Part shown: positions 35,688-46,600 of the stretch, piece by piece | How positions within the stretch are numbered: position 1 is the first letter of the stretch | How the letters are laid out: every line of letters starts with the position of its first letter | Origin: Saprospiraceae bacterium | Lineage (GTDB): Bacteria; Bacteroidota; Bacteroidia; Chitinophagales; Saprospiraceae | Length of the DNA stretch: 64,000 nucleotides | Assembly (NCBI GenBank): GCA_965213735.1 | Contig: CBDCAB010000005.1 | Coordinates: 279,134 to 343,133 of the forward strand | Reading direction: 5' to 3' | Notes under the pieces: model-generated | The model's input: only the letters and a program-made list of their open reading frames with translations | Databases searched by the model: none | What the model was told of the DNA's origin: nothing | Made by a program: the position numbers and the translations under genes

Positions 35688-37301
35688 ATGACCTCCGACG
35701 TTCTCATCATAGGCTCCGGTATCGCTGGCTTATCCACTGCCATTCAGCTCGCTGATCTTATGCCTCACCTGACAATTACGGTGTTAACGAAGGTCAACGA
35801 GGGTGAGTCGAATACAGCCTACGCTCAGGGTGGAGTAGCTGCGGTATGGGATGTAGAAGTCGACAATTATGAAAAGCACATCGCCGATACGCTCGATGCA
35901 GGTGATGGCCTCTGCAATCTCGATATCGTTCGAATTGTGGTCGAAGAAGGTCCTGATCGTGTGCGGGAAATCATTGAATGGGGCGCTCGCTTCGATAAGG
36001 AGCACGGCGATCAAAGTCCACAGGCAGATTATGACCTCGGCCGCGAAGGTGGTCATTCCGAAAATCGCATTCTACATTATAAAGATCTGACCGGTTGGGA
36101 AATTCAACGGACCTTAATGGCCCGTGCTGACCACCACCCCAACATCACAATCCTCGAGCACTATTTCGCCGTCGATCTCATCACTCAGCATCACCTCGGG
36201 CACGTGGTCACTAAAGTCACACCCGATATCACCGCATATGGTGCCTATGCGCTAAATAGAGTGACCGGAGTAATTGATGAATTAATAGCGCGGGTGACAG
36301 TAGTTGCCGCAGGCGGTGCTGGTCAAGTTTATCGGGCCACTACCAATCCCGTCATTGCAACTGGCGATGGAATTGCTATGGTGTACCGAGCCAAAGGGCG
36401 CATCGAAAACATGGAGTTCGTCCAGTTTCATCCTACCTCGCTCTACAATCCGGCTGGACAAAATCCGGCTTTTCTAGTCAGTGAAGCAGTACGTGGATTT
36501 GGTGGAATACTAAAATCAGCAGAGGGTGAGGAATTCATGCACAAGTATGATGAGCGTGGAAGTTTGGCTCCGCGAGATATTGTAGCACGTGCCATCGACA
36601 AGGAAATGAAAGAACGTGGTGCGGAATGTATGTGGCTGGACTGTCGGCACCTGGATATGGAGAAGTTTCGTGCACATTTTCCAACTATTCTTAACAAGTG
36701 CTTGAGCATAGGAATTAATCCTGCTAAAGATATGATTCCAGTTACTCCAGCGTGCCACTACATGTGTGGAGGCGTGCGGGTAGATGAGATGGGGCGTTCG
36801 AGCATTCGTGCACTATATGCCTGTGGCGAGTGTACCAGCACGGGACTTCATGGGGCCAACAGGCTGGCGAGTAATAGCCTACTTGAAGCAATGGTCTTTG
36901 CCAAACGTATAGCTATAGATATAGCTGCACAAATTGGTGCCATACCCTTACGGGAAAACATACCCGCTTGGGATGCCGAAGGAACCACAGAACCTCGTGA
37001 ACTTGTACTAATCACTCAAACCCAAAAAGAGCTTCGAGAAATTATGAGCGCCTATGTGGGTATAGTCCGTACTAACGTCCGCTTACGCAGAGCTAGTCGC
37101 CGCATTGACGTACTTTACCGTGAAACAGAGGAACTTTACAACTCTACCAGTATCTCTAGTCAACTATGTGAGGTGCGCAACCTGATCACGATTGGGTATT
37201 TAGTGACTCACATGAGTGCTATGCGTCGCGAGAGTCGTGGCTTACACTTTAATACTGACTATCCTAGCAAGTTACCGTTTGCAGAAGAACATCTTGTCTA
37301 G
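35688..37301 (+). CDS. nadB: L-aspartate oxidase
   Basis: FAD motif IIGSGIAGLS. Motifs GGVRVD, HGANRLASNSLLEA and RRESRGLHF are typical of NadB. Confidence 0.93.
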   Translation: MTSDVLIIGSGIAGLSTAIQLADLMPHLTITVLTKVNEGESNTAYAQGGVAAVWDVEVDNYEKHIADTLDAGDGLCNLDIVRIVVEEGPDRVREIIEWGARFDKEHGDQSPQADYDLGREGGHSENRILHYKDLTGWEIQRTLMARADHHPNITILEHYFAVDLITQHHLGHVVTKVTPDITAYGAYALNRVTGVIDELIARVTVVAAGGAGQVYRATTNPVIATGDGIAMVYRAKGRIENMEFVQFHPTSLYNPAGQNPAFLVSEAVRGFGGILKSAEGEEFMHKYDERGSLAPRDIVARAIDKEMKERGAECMWLDCRHLDMEKFRAHFPTILNKCLSIGINPAKDMIPVTPACHYMCGGVRVDEMGRSSIRALYACGECTSTGLHGANRLASNSLLEAMVFAKRIAIDIAAQIGAIPLRENIPAWDAEGTTEPRELVLITQTQKELREIMSAYVGIVRTNVRLRRASRRIDVLYRETEELYNSTSISSQLCEVRNLITIGYLVTHMSAMRRESRGLHFNTDYPSKLPFAEEHLV

Positions 37302-37316
37302 CGCTTTACTATCACA

Positions 37317-39473
37317 TCATTCACCAGCATCTCTATCTGTAGCAGTGCGCTTTCTACCGAAGTCGGTGAGCACTACCTGGCGCAGTCCCGAACGAATTAG
37401 CATCCACCAGTGGGCCCACATACTCTCTGAGCGTTCGCGATCAGCAGAAATACGTCCACGGCCACCAGTAGTGCCACTGGAGTTGTCTTCATCCACAGCC
37501 GCTAGGTTTGCGAAGAATGAAATTATGTCTTTATCATCAGTAGATGTTCCACTTTCTAGCATATTAATCTTGAAATTCTCATAGTCGGCCACCAAACTCC
37601 CGCGACCGGCCTGCTCATCTGCTGTAAAGTTAAAGGACAGCTTATTCAATGCACCTTGCTCTACCTTCATATTTGCGATTGGCACAAGAAAATCGTTGAT
37701 TCGCATTAAGTCGAGCGACCCAGTAGAAGCTTGCAACACGTAAGGAACGCCTTTCGCATTGGGCCAGCTAATGTTTACATCTACCGGCAACATGTCTTCG
37801 AAGTCAGTTTTAATTATTGCATTTGCTCGCGGATGCTCCTTTGCATAGGTGGTGGAAGTTCCGACATGAGTAATTGTTGCGTATGTATTCTCCCACGAAA
37901 GCGTAACGTCTTTTCCATTTTCCAACAAACGTCTGTATGAAATGTCAGCATTACGTGCCAACACCTCATCTATTTCTATGGCAAAGGCGAGCTGATTGAG
38001 TTCTTGAAGAATAATTATTGGTCGTTGAGGTGGACTTCCTTCAATACCAAAATTAGTAATTGATCGAAGTTCAAAATTTGCGACTTCAGCTGTTTTGGCG
38101 ATAAGCTGCCTATCCCAAAATAGAGCCTCCATGTCGAGCTCACTGAGGAGCAACGTATCCAATTCTATGGCTAATGTGGCCCTTTCGTTCAAGATACTGC
38201 GCGATTCATTCTCGGGAGCATAGCGCAAGTCATGAATAGTCAATGATTTTACACCATAGTCGAGGCTGCCATGCGCAACATTAAGCACCAATCCATCAGG
38301 ATCAGGCTGATACTCAAAATTCCTAAAGTCAACTTGAGCCTTGGCTACATCAAACAAATCCTGCTGTCCTTCACGCGCTACACTCGTCTGCACATCGAGG
38401 AGCACCAAGTCTGCATCTGGAAAGGTGATGTCGAGTTGCGGATCCAATCCATGATACCTCAACGAAATAGCCTCTAGAGCCACTGTATCTACAAATATGT
38501 CCAGATTAAAACCAGCGGGATTCTGCGCATCACCTTGCCCGATCCGACGAGCCTCAACATAAACTTCAGCCTCGCAATCTGCAACACGAAGACTTCGAGC
38601 ACGATAAATTTGTTTCCGCAAAAACAGATCCAATTCAAAACCTTCCATACGCACCGTATCGCTGGTGAGGGTAAGCGCGAAGCGGCTATTAAAGGTAGTA
38701 TCTACAAAATTAAATCCTTCATATTTAGGATTAATCGCTACTGAATCTATTGTCAATAATCCTTTTGTCGACTCGAACAGTGCAGATCGCAAGGTTACGG
38801 TGTGTACACTATCCCCCAACTCGTGTCGATATGCTCCTACACGTGCACTAAAATTGGCAAACGCTTTGTCCGGCCGGTGATTCAGCGTCAAACTATCTAG
38901 TCTTAATTCAGCCAAATTCGCATCAACGTTATCAAAATGAATTTCGGAGCTTATGCTGTCTGTGATACTCCCAAAGTCGAAGTGTCCATCAGCCAGCCGC
39001 ACGCCCGCGACTTGAATCTTTGCGGGAAGCTTAGTAGCTGTAGTGGTGGAATCCGAAGATTGTCTCGCATTTGTAGCAGAGCCGGTGTCATATAAAGTTG
39101 CCATTACATCCGGAGCTATAATGAGCAGGCTATCTGCATCCACTCGCCCTTGCCACACGAGCGTCCAAAGCCCGACTCCGCTCAGTCTTAGCTCCTCGCT
39201 GCTGCCTTCCAGAATTAAACCACCAGTAAGTTGTGCGGCCTCGTGCAAATTAGCTCCCTTCGCCTTTAGCTTAACGTCTTCCAAGCCGATTGAACCGCCA
39301 AAAATTGATATCTCGACATTCTCGACATCGAGCTGGTACTGGTTATCAGACTGCTCGGACACAATTTGCTCAAGCTGATCATGCACAATCGGCTCCAGCC
39401 AAATACCAGCTGTGAGTATGGCCACCAGTAGCAGACCCGCGATTACGGCGAAGACAATCCAGAATGTTTTCAT
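37317..39473 (-). CDS. Membrane-anchored large hypothetical protein (possibly AsmA/DUF748-like)
   Basis: The start is chosen at MKTFWIVFAVIAGLLLVAILTAGIW (TM anchor). About 690 aa of extracytoplasmic region follow. The family guess is weak. Confidence 0.6.
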   Translation of the reverse strand: MKTFWIVFAVIAGLLLVAILTAGIWLEPIVHDQLEQIVSEQSDNQYQLDVENVEISIFGGSIGLEDVKLKAKGANLHEAAQLTGGLILEGSSEELRLSGVGLWTLVWQGRVDADSLLIIAPDVMATLYDTGSATNARQSSDSTTTATKLPAKIQVAGVRLADGHFDFGSITDSISSEIHFDNVDANLAELRLDSLTLNHRPDKAFANFSARVGAYRHELGDSVHTVTLRSALFESTKGLLTIDSVAINPKYEGFNFVDTTFNSRFALTLTSDTVRMEGFELDLFLRKQIYRARSLRVADCEAEVYVEARRIGQGDAQNPAGFNLDIFVDTVALEAISLRYHGLDPQLDITFPDADLVLLDVQTSVAREGQQDLFDVAKAQVDFRNFEYQPDPDGLVLNVAHGSLDYGVKSLTIHDLRYAPENESRSILNERATLAIELDTLLLSELDMEALFWDRQLIAKTAEVANFELRSITNFGIEGSPPQRPIIILQELNQLAFAIEIDEVLARNADISYRRLLENGKDVTLSWENTYATITHVGTSTTYAKEHPRANAIIKTDFEDMLPVDVNISWPNAKGVPYVLQASTGSLDLMRINDFLVPIANMKVEQGALNKLSFNFTADEQAGRGSLVADYENFKINMLESGTSTDDKDIISFFANLAAVDEDNSSGTTGGRGRISADRERSESMWAHWWMLIRSGLRQVVLTDFGRKRTATDRDAGE

Positions 39474-39617
39474 AAGCTTCGCAGTTATTGGAGCGGTGTG
39501 CTTAGGGTAACAGTCCCACGGCCTAAATTTTTCACCCCTACCACAATCCGCGCAAAGAAAGAGCAGCAACAAGCACTTCTTTCGGAACTTTCAATAAACT
39601 TTGAAAGTTATTACGCT

Positions 39618-40565
39618 ATGCCCGAGTCCTCTCCGCATTCCCCTCACATTGTCGTAGCTGGCGGCACAGGATTTATTGGTCGCCACTTTGCTGCCAAGGC
39701 TTGGGAGGCTGGCTACCGTTGCACCTTGGTAGCACGTCACCGTCCTGCTGATTTGCCGGCTCATTGTGACTTTTCGGCTTGGGACGGTCGCACCGCTCAA
39801 GGTGACTGGGTGGAGCGACTTAATGGGGCTGCTGCTGTTGTTAACGTGGCGGGTCGCACCGTCGATTGCATCAAGACGCCCGATCATTGCGACGAGATTT
39901 TAAGGTCGCGGGTAGAGTCGGTGGAGGCCATCGGCAAGGCTTTGACTCAAGTTGAAGTTCCGCCGCCTGTTTGGGTGCAGATGTCAACGGCTCACATTTA
40001 TGGCGATCCTCCTGCCTTGTGGTGTGATGAAGATTCTGCACTTGGGTATGGTCTGGCGCCTACAGTGGGTAAGGCTTGGGAAGCAGCCTTTCGGCAAAAC
40101 AAACTGCCCCAACAACGGGGGGTGCTACTACGGACCAGCTTTGTTATTGGCCGCAGTGGAGGAGCTTTCCCAACGCTCAAACGCTTAGCAAAGTGGGGAC
40201 TTGGCGGCAGGGTTGGTCATGGCCGCCAGGGTTTGAGTTGGGTGCATGAAGACGATATGGCTGCACTGCTCCTCCGGGCCTGCACCTTACCGCGAATGGA
40301 GGGCACCTACATTGTGAGCGCTCCTGAACCAGTGTCGCAGCAAGCTTTTATGAAGGAGTTGCGCAAGCAGCTCCACATACCCGTTGCGCTTCCAAGTCCA
40401 GCCTGGCTCACTCGCCTAGGCGCCCGCGTCATTTTTCGAACGGATCCGGAGTTGCTGCTGTACGGTCGCTACGTCACTTCGCGGCGCTTAGCCGAGGAAG
40501 GCTACCAGTGGCAGTACCCAAATTTGGAAGGTGCATTGGAGGATTTGGTGGAAGTAAGGTGCTAA
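39618..40565 (+). CDS. TIGR01777/YfcH-like SDR epimerase-family protein (DUF1731 C-terminus)
   Basis: Rossmann motif VAGGTGFIGRH. The C-terminal RRLAEEGYQWQYPNLEGALEDL is typical of this family. Confidence 0.85.
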   Translation: MPESSPHSPHIVVAGGTGFIGRHFAAKAWEAGYRCTLVARHRPADLPAHCDFSAWDGRTAQGDWVERLNGAAAVVNVAGRTVDCIKTPDHCDEILRSRVESVEAIGKALTQVEVPPPVWVQMSTAHIYGDPPALWCDEDSALGYGLAPTVGKAWEAAFRQNKLPQQRGVLLRTSFVIGRSGGAFPTLKRLAKWGLGGRVGHGRQGLSWVHEDDMAALLLRACTLPRMEGTYIVSAPEPVSQQAFMKELRKQLHIPVALPSPAWLTRLGARVIFRTDPELLLYGRYVTSRRLAEEGYQWQYPNLEGALEDLVEVRC

Positions 40566-40650
40566 GGGTTAGGTGCTGGGTGCTGGCCTGACCACAATGT
40601 TGTGGTCAGGTGGGTGCTGGGTGCTGGGTGCTGGGGGCTGGGGGCAAGGT
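40566..40650. repeat. GGTGCTG heptamer tandem repeats flanking a perfect 24-bp palindrome (CCTGACCACAATGTTGTGGTCAGG, 40587-40610)
   Basis: Two heptamers lie before the palindrome. Three perfect and two degenerate heptamers lie after it. The field starts immediately after the SDR stop codon. Confidence 0.85.
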
Positions 40651-40723
40651 GGTACCCGACGGACCTGATCAATAGCTCAATCCTTCTGAAAAAAATAGAT
40701 CAAGATCAGGTCCGTCGGGTACC
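40651..40723. repeat. Perfect 20-bp inverted repeat GGTACCCGACGGACCTGATC with a 33-nt A-rich loop
   Basis: 40651-40670 is the exact reverse complement of 40704-40723. Confidence 0.85.
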
Positions 40724-40975
40724 TGTGCATAACTAGAGCTAAAGCATTGTAATAGCGCTTTGCCCGAGTTTGGGCTCGCAGCCTTTGAACTGCAAACGGG
40801 ATGCGCGCTAAAGCACGCGTAACCAGACTTAGCTGGGTGCTGGGGGCTCAGAGGTGAAAGATGCGACTGCTGCGCGTGGAGTTAGCGTGGACGTCGTACA
40901 ACCGGATTACTACAGTAGATAAAGTTTTTGCCTGCCGCGGCTCTCCCTGCTCGGTTGGACGACGTCGGCTGGAAT

Positions 40976-41034
40976 GGGCTGGGTGCTGTGTGCTAGGTGC
41001 TGGGGGCTGGCCTGACCACATTGGTGTGGTCACG
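40976..41034. repeat. Second GGTGCTG-type heptamer block plus an imperfect copy of the CCTGACCACA...TGTGGTCA palindrome
   Basis: GGTGCTG TGTGCTA GGTGCTG GGGGCTG is followed by CCTGACCACATTGGTGTGGTCACG. It has the same orientation as the copy at 40566-40610. Confidence 0.8.
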
Positions 41035-41065
41035 CTGGGGACGAGATATACATACAACCACCCCC

Positions 41066-43591
41066 TTACCTCGCCAGTTGAATAATTCGAGCAGTTCCAG
41101 CAAGCTCGACAAGCAGATAAGCTTCTGCAAGAGGAAAAGTTAGAGGTATCCGCGTCAGCCGATCCGTTATTATACCTCCGCCTAAAAGAGCACCTCCACT
41201 ACTAAAGATTTTATACGGCAGCGGAAGCGATAATTCTTCCACCTCCACTACTAAATAATCACTCGCAGGATTAGGATAGACTTGAAATTGTGCTGGAAGC
41301 ACAGCTGTAACACCAGACACCAATTGTATAGTAGCAACAGTAGAGCGAAGACTAAAACTGTCTAGCTCTATAGTGAGTTGATTCGACACATCTGCTAAGC
41401 CACCTCCACGCTGGGGAAAGTGTTCGACAGCATACGCAATGACTAAACCAGCAGGATTAAGCAAACTATCGCCATAATGCGGCTGCTCTAGCGAAGAAGC
41501 CGACCACTGCAACACATTGCCCGACTGGGTAAAGGTGAAATTCGGATCCATCTCCACAATCTCCACTGTACTCGGATCAAAAATACTATCTAAGGTGTCC
41601 GTTACTACAACTGTAGATACTTCGGCCGAGACATTATTGTCTATCACAGCTGTGTAGAGCAGCGTCCTGCCGCGGCTAAAATGTAGCTGTACTTGTAGCT
41701 CATTCGGTCCCTCAAACACATAAACTTTTGAGCTTCTGCATGTTCGAGCAGTAAAGCGGGTAATGGTGTCTCGCTCAATACGCGAGTTTATACATTGTGC
41801 CATTGTGGCACCCTCCACGAAATCATTCGGCTGCACCTCGAGCTCAACCTCAAACTCCTGAAGGTTATGCCGCACATACTGCTGATAAACAGAATCTAGG
41901 TCACGACCTAACCCACTCACTACACTAGCACCAGCAGGTAAAGCTTCGAACTCACTACTGAGATACATGTCACCACTCTGGTTGGAAAAATTGTTTACCC
42001 TCACCATTTGGAGTGCACTTCTTCCGCTGATCGGCAATGAGCCACGACTCGAGCCTCGAACCTCAACAACCGCAGAATCTAAAGGAGGAACCGGACAGTA
42101 GCCGAAGCGAATCGTGTCTGAAGCACCCAGCGGTAAAGCGACTGTAGCAAAGGCAGGACTTGGCGCACTATGCAGGATTTGATTCCAAGGCTCGAGAAAT
42201 ACAGTATCTGTCTCGAAATTCATCAAGTAACTATAGTAATTGCCTGCATCATTAAAAAATAATCCCCAATCATCAAATAGCGGATTAGATGTTGACCAAT
42301 GAGATTTAGAATTGAAATTCTCGTCTACACTAGACTCATCTTTGGTCGGCGGCCTCCCTAATAAGCCGTTACAGTCCATGTCACGATACGTATGTACGAC
42401 CGCATAAGTATCTTGCCTGGTAAGACAGGCCCCAAGTATACCCTCCGGGCTAAATCCCGCGTTGCCAAAGCCTAAACCTATCTGCTGCGGGTGCTTAAAT
42501 TGAGAGAGGAAAGTACATACTTCAGCTGTGTCAACCTCCAGTGTGGAAGTCGATCCGTATATGCTGCCTTTCTCACCCTTGCCGAAGATCCAGTGCTGAA
42601 GCCCCTCCAGTGATGTTATACTATCACTATGAATTTCCAAGTAGCCCGTATTAAGCTCAGGAACATTAGTCATGAAAGTCATATCTTTTATCACATCACC
42701 ATTTATATAAATTGAGCCTACATCTGTAAGCGACGACAAGTTGAGCTGCACCAAAGGCTGATCTAAAAACACGCGCACACTCTGCATATGGATATAGCCT
42801 AAAAACTGAAGCGAGCGAAAACCATCCCAGTTAGAACATTTAGCTCCATTTGTACTTAAGCTACCCAAATACGTTGTTGCTGCAAACATCTCATGGTCTC
42901 CTAGGCTCGATGAATTGACAAAGGAATAAGACCGTACCGCCGCTGGTAATTTTAGAGCAGCTGTAGAACCTTCAATGTCAGTTTCGTGAAGCCCCACCGA
43001 AACACTATCAGCAAAAGTGAATCCAGCTGCAGAACTTAAGTCTTGCAAATCACTGGTACGAAAACCAATACTGTGCTGCACATACACAGGCTTCACCGAC
43101 AAACCCGCACTTTGAGTTAAACTTAAATATTGATATACAGCGCGATTAACTGTGTCTACGCTAGGAGGCAACTTGTACCATACGTCGTACAGATGTACCT
43201 TCCTCAACATGGGGAATCCTTGCACGACAGTTCCATCAAAAAATGGACGAAACTCTTCAACGTAGGTTAAGTCTGCAAACCCACTCACCGGAAATATACC
43301 AGCAACTGACTGAGTGCTGTAAAGCGTCAGTACTCCCTCAAGCCGTTTGATACCTTGAATACTACTCAAATCTAATGAGTCCGCAGCATGGATAATTATG
43401 TCTCCCGTATACGTTGAGCACCCGCCTGTAGCAGCAGCAAATGCATCTACCTCAACCTGAGTTAGTATTCTTATATCTCCTGAGCACTGCCCACGTAGGA
43501 CTGTAGACGAAAAGCATATCAGTATAACCATTATCTGCGTCAGGCGAAGTAGAAATTTATCGTTTGAGATGGGAGGTAAAAGTCTGTTCAT
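41066..43591 (-). CDS. T9SS type A sorting domain-containing secreted protein
   Basis: 841 aa with an N-terminal signal-like segment. The C-terminal FQVYPNPASDYLVVEVEE... is the Por/T9SS C-terminal domain signature. Confidence 0.8.
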   Translation of the reverse strand: MNRLLPPISNDKFLLRLTQIMVILICFSSTVLRGQCSGDIRILTQVEVDAFAAATGGCSTYTGDIIIHAADSLDLSSIQGIKRLEGVLTLYSTQSVAGIFPVSGFADLTYVEEFRPFFDGTVVQGFPMLRKVHLYDVWYKLPPSVDTVNRAVYQYLSLTQSAGLSVKPVYVQHSIGFRTSDLQDLSSAAGFTFADSVSVGLHETDIEGSTAALKLPAAVRSYSFVNSSSLGDHEMFAATTYLGSLSTNGAKCSNWDGFRSLQFLGYIHMQSVRVFLDQPLVQLNLSSLTDVGSIYINGDVIKDMTFMTNVPELNTGYLEIHSDSITSLEGLQHWIFGKGEKGSIYGSTSTLEVDTAEVCTFLSQFKHPQQIGLGFGNAGFSPEGILGACLTRQDTYAVVHTYRDMDCNGLLGRPPTKDESSVDENFNSKSHWSTSNPLFDDWGLFFNDAGNYYSYLMNFETDTVFLEPWNQILHSAPSPAFATVALPLGASDTIRFGYCPVPPLDSAVVEVRGSSRGSLPISGRSALQMVRVNNFSNQSGDMYLSSEFEALPAGASVVSGLGRDLDSVYQQYVRHNLQEFEVELEVQPNDFVEGATMAQCINSRIERDTITRFTARTCRSSKVYVFEGPNELQVQLHFSRGRTLLYTAVIDNNVSAEVSTVVVTDTLDSIFDPSTVEIVEMDPNFTFTQSGNVLQWSASSLEQPHYGDSLLNPAGLVIAYAVEHFPQRGGGLADVSNQLTIELDSFSLRSTVATIQLVSGVTAVLPAQFQVYPNPASDYLVVEVEELSLPLPYKIFSSGGALLGGGIITDRLTRIPLTFPLAEAYLLVELAGTARIIQLAR

Positions 43592-43680
43592 GTCCTCTAG
43601 ACACTGCGTACTCCAAAACCGCTGCCTAGCTTCACCACATCCCCCATCCCACCTACCTTACCTCTCCTACCCTTACCCCT

Positions 43681-46600
43681 ATGCTCAACATCAACCTAAA
43701 AGCTACTCCTTACCTCAACCTTCCCCTGCGCAACAACCATGTGCCACCAATCCGCCACCTGCAAATCCAGGCCGATCTCGCTATGGATCCGGAAGCACTA
43801 CAGCGCACATACACCGTCAAACTCGCCTGCATCCCTGCCGCAATTCAAAGCAACGTGTGGCAGCATGTCAAACTTGACGCCTCCGGCCAAGCCACCCTCC
43901 CGCTCAACGAACTCATTCTCGATTATGACTTCCTAGCCAACCTCACCGAGGCCATTCCCGGCGAAGTCATCGTGGAGGTTCTCACCTCCGATCAACAGCT
44001 CATTCTTAAAACAGCCAGCGACAAGCTGCGCATACTACCACCAAACCACTGGGGCGGCTCAGCCACAGTACCAGAACTCCTCGCCGCACACGTCCTGCCC
44101 AACGATCCCGCAACCGCTAGCATCCTACATCGCGCAGCAACCTTGCTCGCCGAGCGCAACCTCGACCTCTCCGAATACCAAACCGAAGAGCCAAGTAAAG
44201 CTGCCGCACAGGTTGTCGCCATCCTCACCGCTATCCGCGAGCGCAATCTCCTCTACGCAAGCGTGCCAGGCTCCTTCGAGCGCTTCGGGCAAAAAGTGCG
44301 AACCCCATCCGAAATAACATCTGAAGGCATCGCCAACTGTCTCGACCTCAGCTGTTTGGCCGCCGCCGCACTCGAACAGGCAGGCCTGCACCCCATCATC
44401 ATCCTCATCGAACGCCATGCCTATATCGCCTGCTGGCTCCAGCGCTCGCCTCACACCACTGGCGTCATTGACGATCCCCAAGCCCTACGCAAAGCACTTG
44501 CCAGCCACCTGCTGCTGGCCTGCGAAGCAACTGCCCTGGTAGGAGCGCACGCCAATGTCAACGAAGCCATCGATCAAGGAGCCAAACGACTGCTCAACCC
44601 AGCAGACTTCAACGTAGCCATCGACCTCCACGCCGCGCGTATCGGTGAGCGCATCACCCCGCTCAACCAAGCTCGACATAAAGACGCTAAAGGAGACACA
44701 ACAGACACCGATACTGCAGCTGAGCACAAATCACCCCAACTCGATCTTTCCGCTATCGCCAACATCGGCGACGGGGCTATTGACTACGATAAAAAGGAAG
44801 AAGCTATACTCACCGGCTCGGCCCGCCTCGACCAGTGGAAGGCCAAGCTTCTCAACCTCACCCGCCGCAATCGACTACTCAATTACCGGCTCACCGGCGG
44901 CGCCATTCATCTGCGCTACGTCGACCCGGCAACAGTCGAAGATTACCTCGCTACCGGCAAGCAAATGCGCTTCGATGTTGTGGATGAGCAACGCGCTCAG
45001 CGAGGCCAACTCGGTCGCAAACTCGAAGATGATCACTACGCAGAGGCCATTCAACAAGCTGTTTCTGGAGGCAAATTGCTGGTGATCGGCACCCCTGAAA
45101 AGCTCAACACCAACCTTCTCAAGCTCGACCGTGCCGCGCGTATAGCACTCGAAGAGGGAGGCGCAAACACGCTGTTTGTTGCCATCGGTTTTGCTGTCAA
45201 GCCCAAACCTGGACATACCGCCGAATTTCGGCCCGATGCTCCCTCCAGCGAGCGACCAGATTATGCCGCGCCCCTCATCCTGCTGCCCGTCAACCTCAAC
45301 AGGCGTAGCGCAGGCAGCGCCTACACCCTCACCTTGCGCGATGAGGAGGCGATGCTCAACCCTACCTTGCTCGAATTCCTCAAACGTGAAGCTGGCGTCA
45401 ATCTCGCCGAATATGCCCACGAATTACCTACCGACGAGAGTGGCCTAGATGTGAATCATATTCTCAACCGCGTCCGCCAAGAACTGCTCAATGTTGCAGG
45501 CTGGGAAGTGGTCGATGAGGTGGCGCTCGGCCTGTTCAGCTTTTCAAAATACCTCATGTGGCGCGACCTTGATGCCTTTGAGTCCGAACTGCGGCGAAAT
45601 CCCGTTGTGGCGCACCTCATCGATACCCCTCGCGAAGCTTATTTCAATCCCTTAGCCACTGACAATCAGACGTTTCCGGACGCTACAAGTCTCGACGATA
45701 CCTTTCCTGTCACAGATATGCTCACGCCCATGAGCGCGGATTCTTCCCAGCTGGCAGCGGTGCGGGCAGCGGCTCAAGGCATCGATTTTATTCTTGAAGG
45801 TCCGCCAGGTACCGGCAAGTCTCAGACGATTACCAACCTCATTGCCCAGCTCCTCGGCGAAGGCAAACGGGTGCTATTTGTGAGCGAAAAAACAGCTGCA
45901 CTCGATGTTGTTCAGCGCCGCCTCGACAGCATTGGCCTCGGCGAGTTTTGCCTTGAGCTACACGCCAACAATGCCACCAAAACAGCAGTCTACGATCAGC
46001 TGCGGCAGGCTCTCAATTCTGAGGCGTCTCCCACAAGCCCATTCGCGCAGACGGCCACCGAGCTGCAGCACACGCGGAGTCGCCTCAATGCGATGGTGGC
46101 GCTGATTCATCGCCCCGATCACTCCGGATTGAGTGTGTACCAAACCACCGCCTACTGCGCGCCTCGCACCACGATGCAGGTTCCCGAGCCGAGCCCTGCA
46201 GCTGTCGCTCACATGGATGCTGCGTGGCTCACCGAGGCCCGCGAGCAGGTGCGTATGATGGCGCTCTACTTGGCCGATGTGGCAGCTGAGGCGCGCTCGG
46301 TACTTGCCCCTCTTCAGGTAAGTGTGGATGCTCCAGCTTTCGCCAAAACCTGTCGCACAATGATTGCAGATGCAGCTACTTTTGCTGCCGCCAAAACGAG
46401 TTTTGCGGAAGCTTTAAAATTTGAAAGTAATAATGAACTAAATACTAATGAAGAATCTATTGAAGCGTTATCTCAACTCGCCCAACTGCTGCAGCGCGCT
46501 GAGCACCATGACTATACCGATCTAGCTGAAATGGTTGATAGTGGCCGCACCCGTCGCAGCATCGCCACCGAAACCGAAGCAACTTTCGCCCTCGCCAGCG

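Noticed and set aside
40566-41040. A CRISPR array, as an explanation for the repeats
   Set aside because: The repeat units are 7-nt tandem heptamers and palindromes without regularly spaced unique spacers. No cas genes are present in the window.
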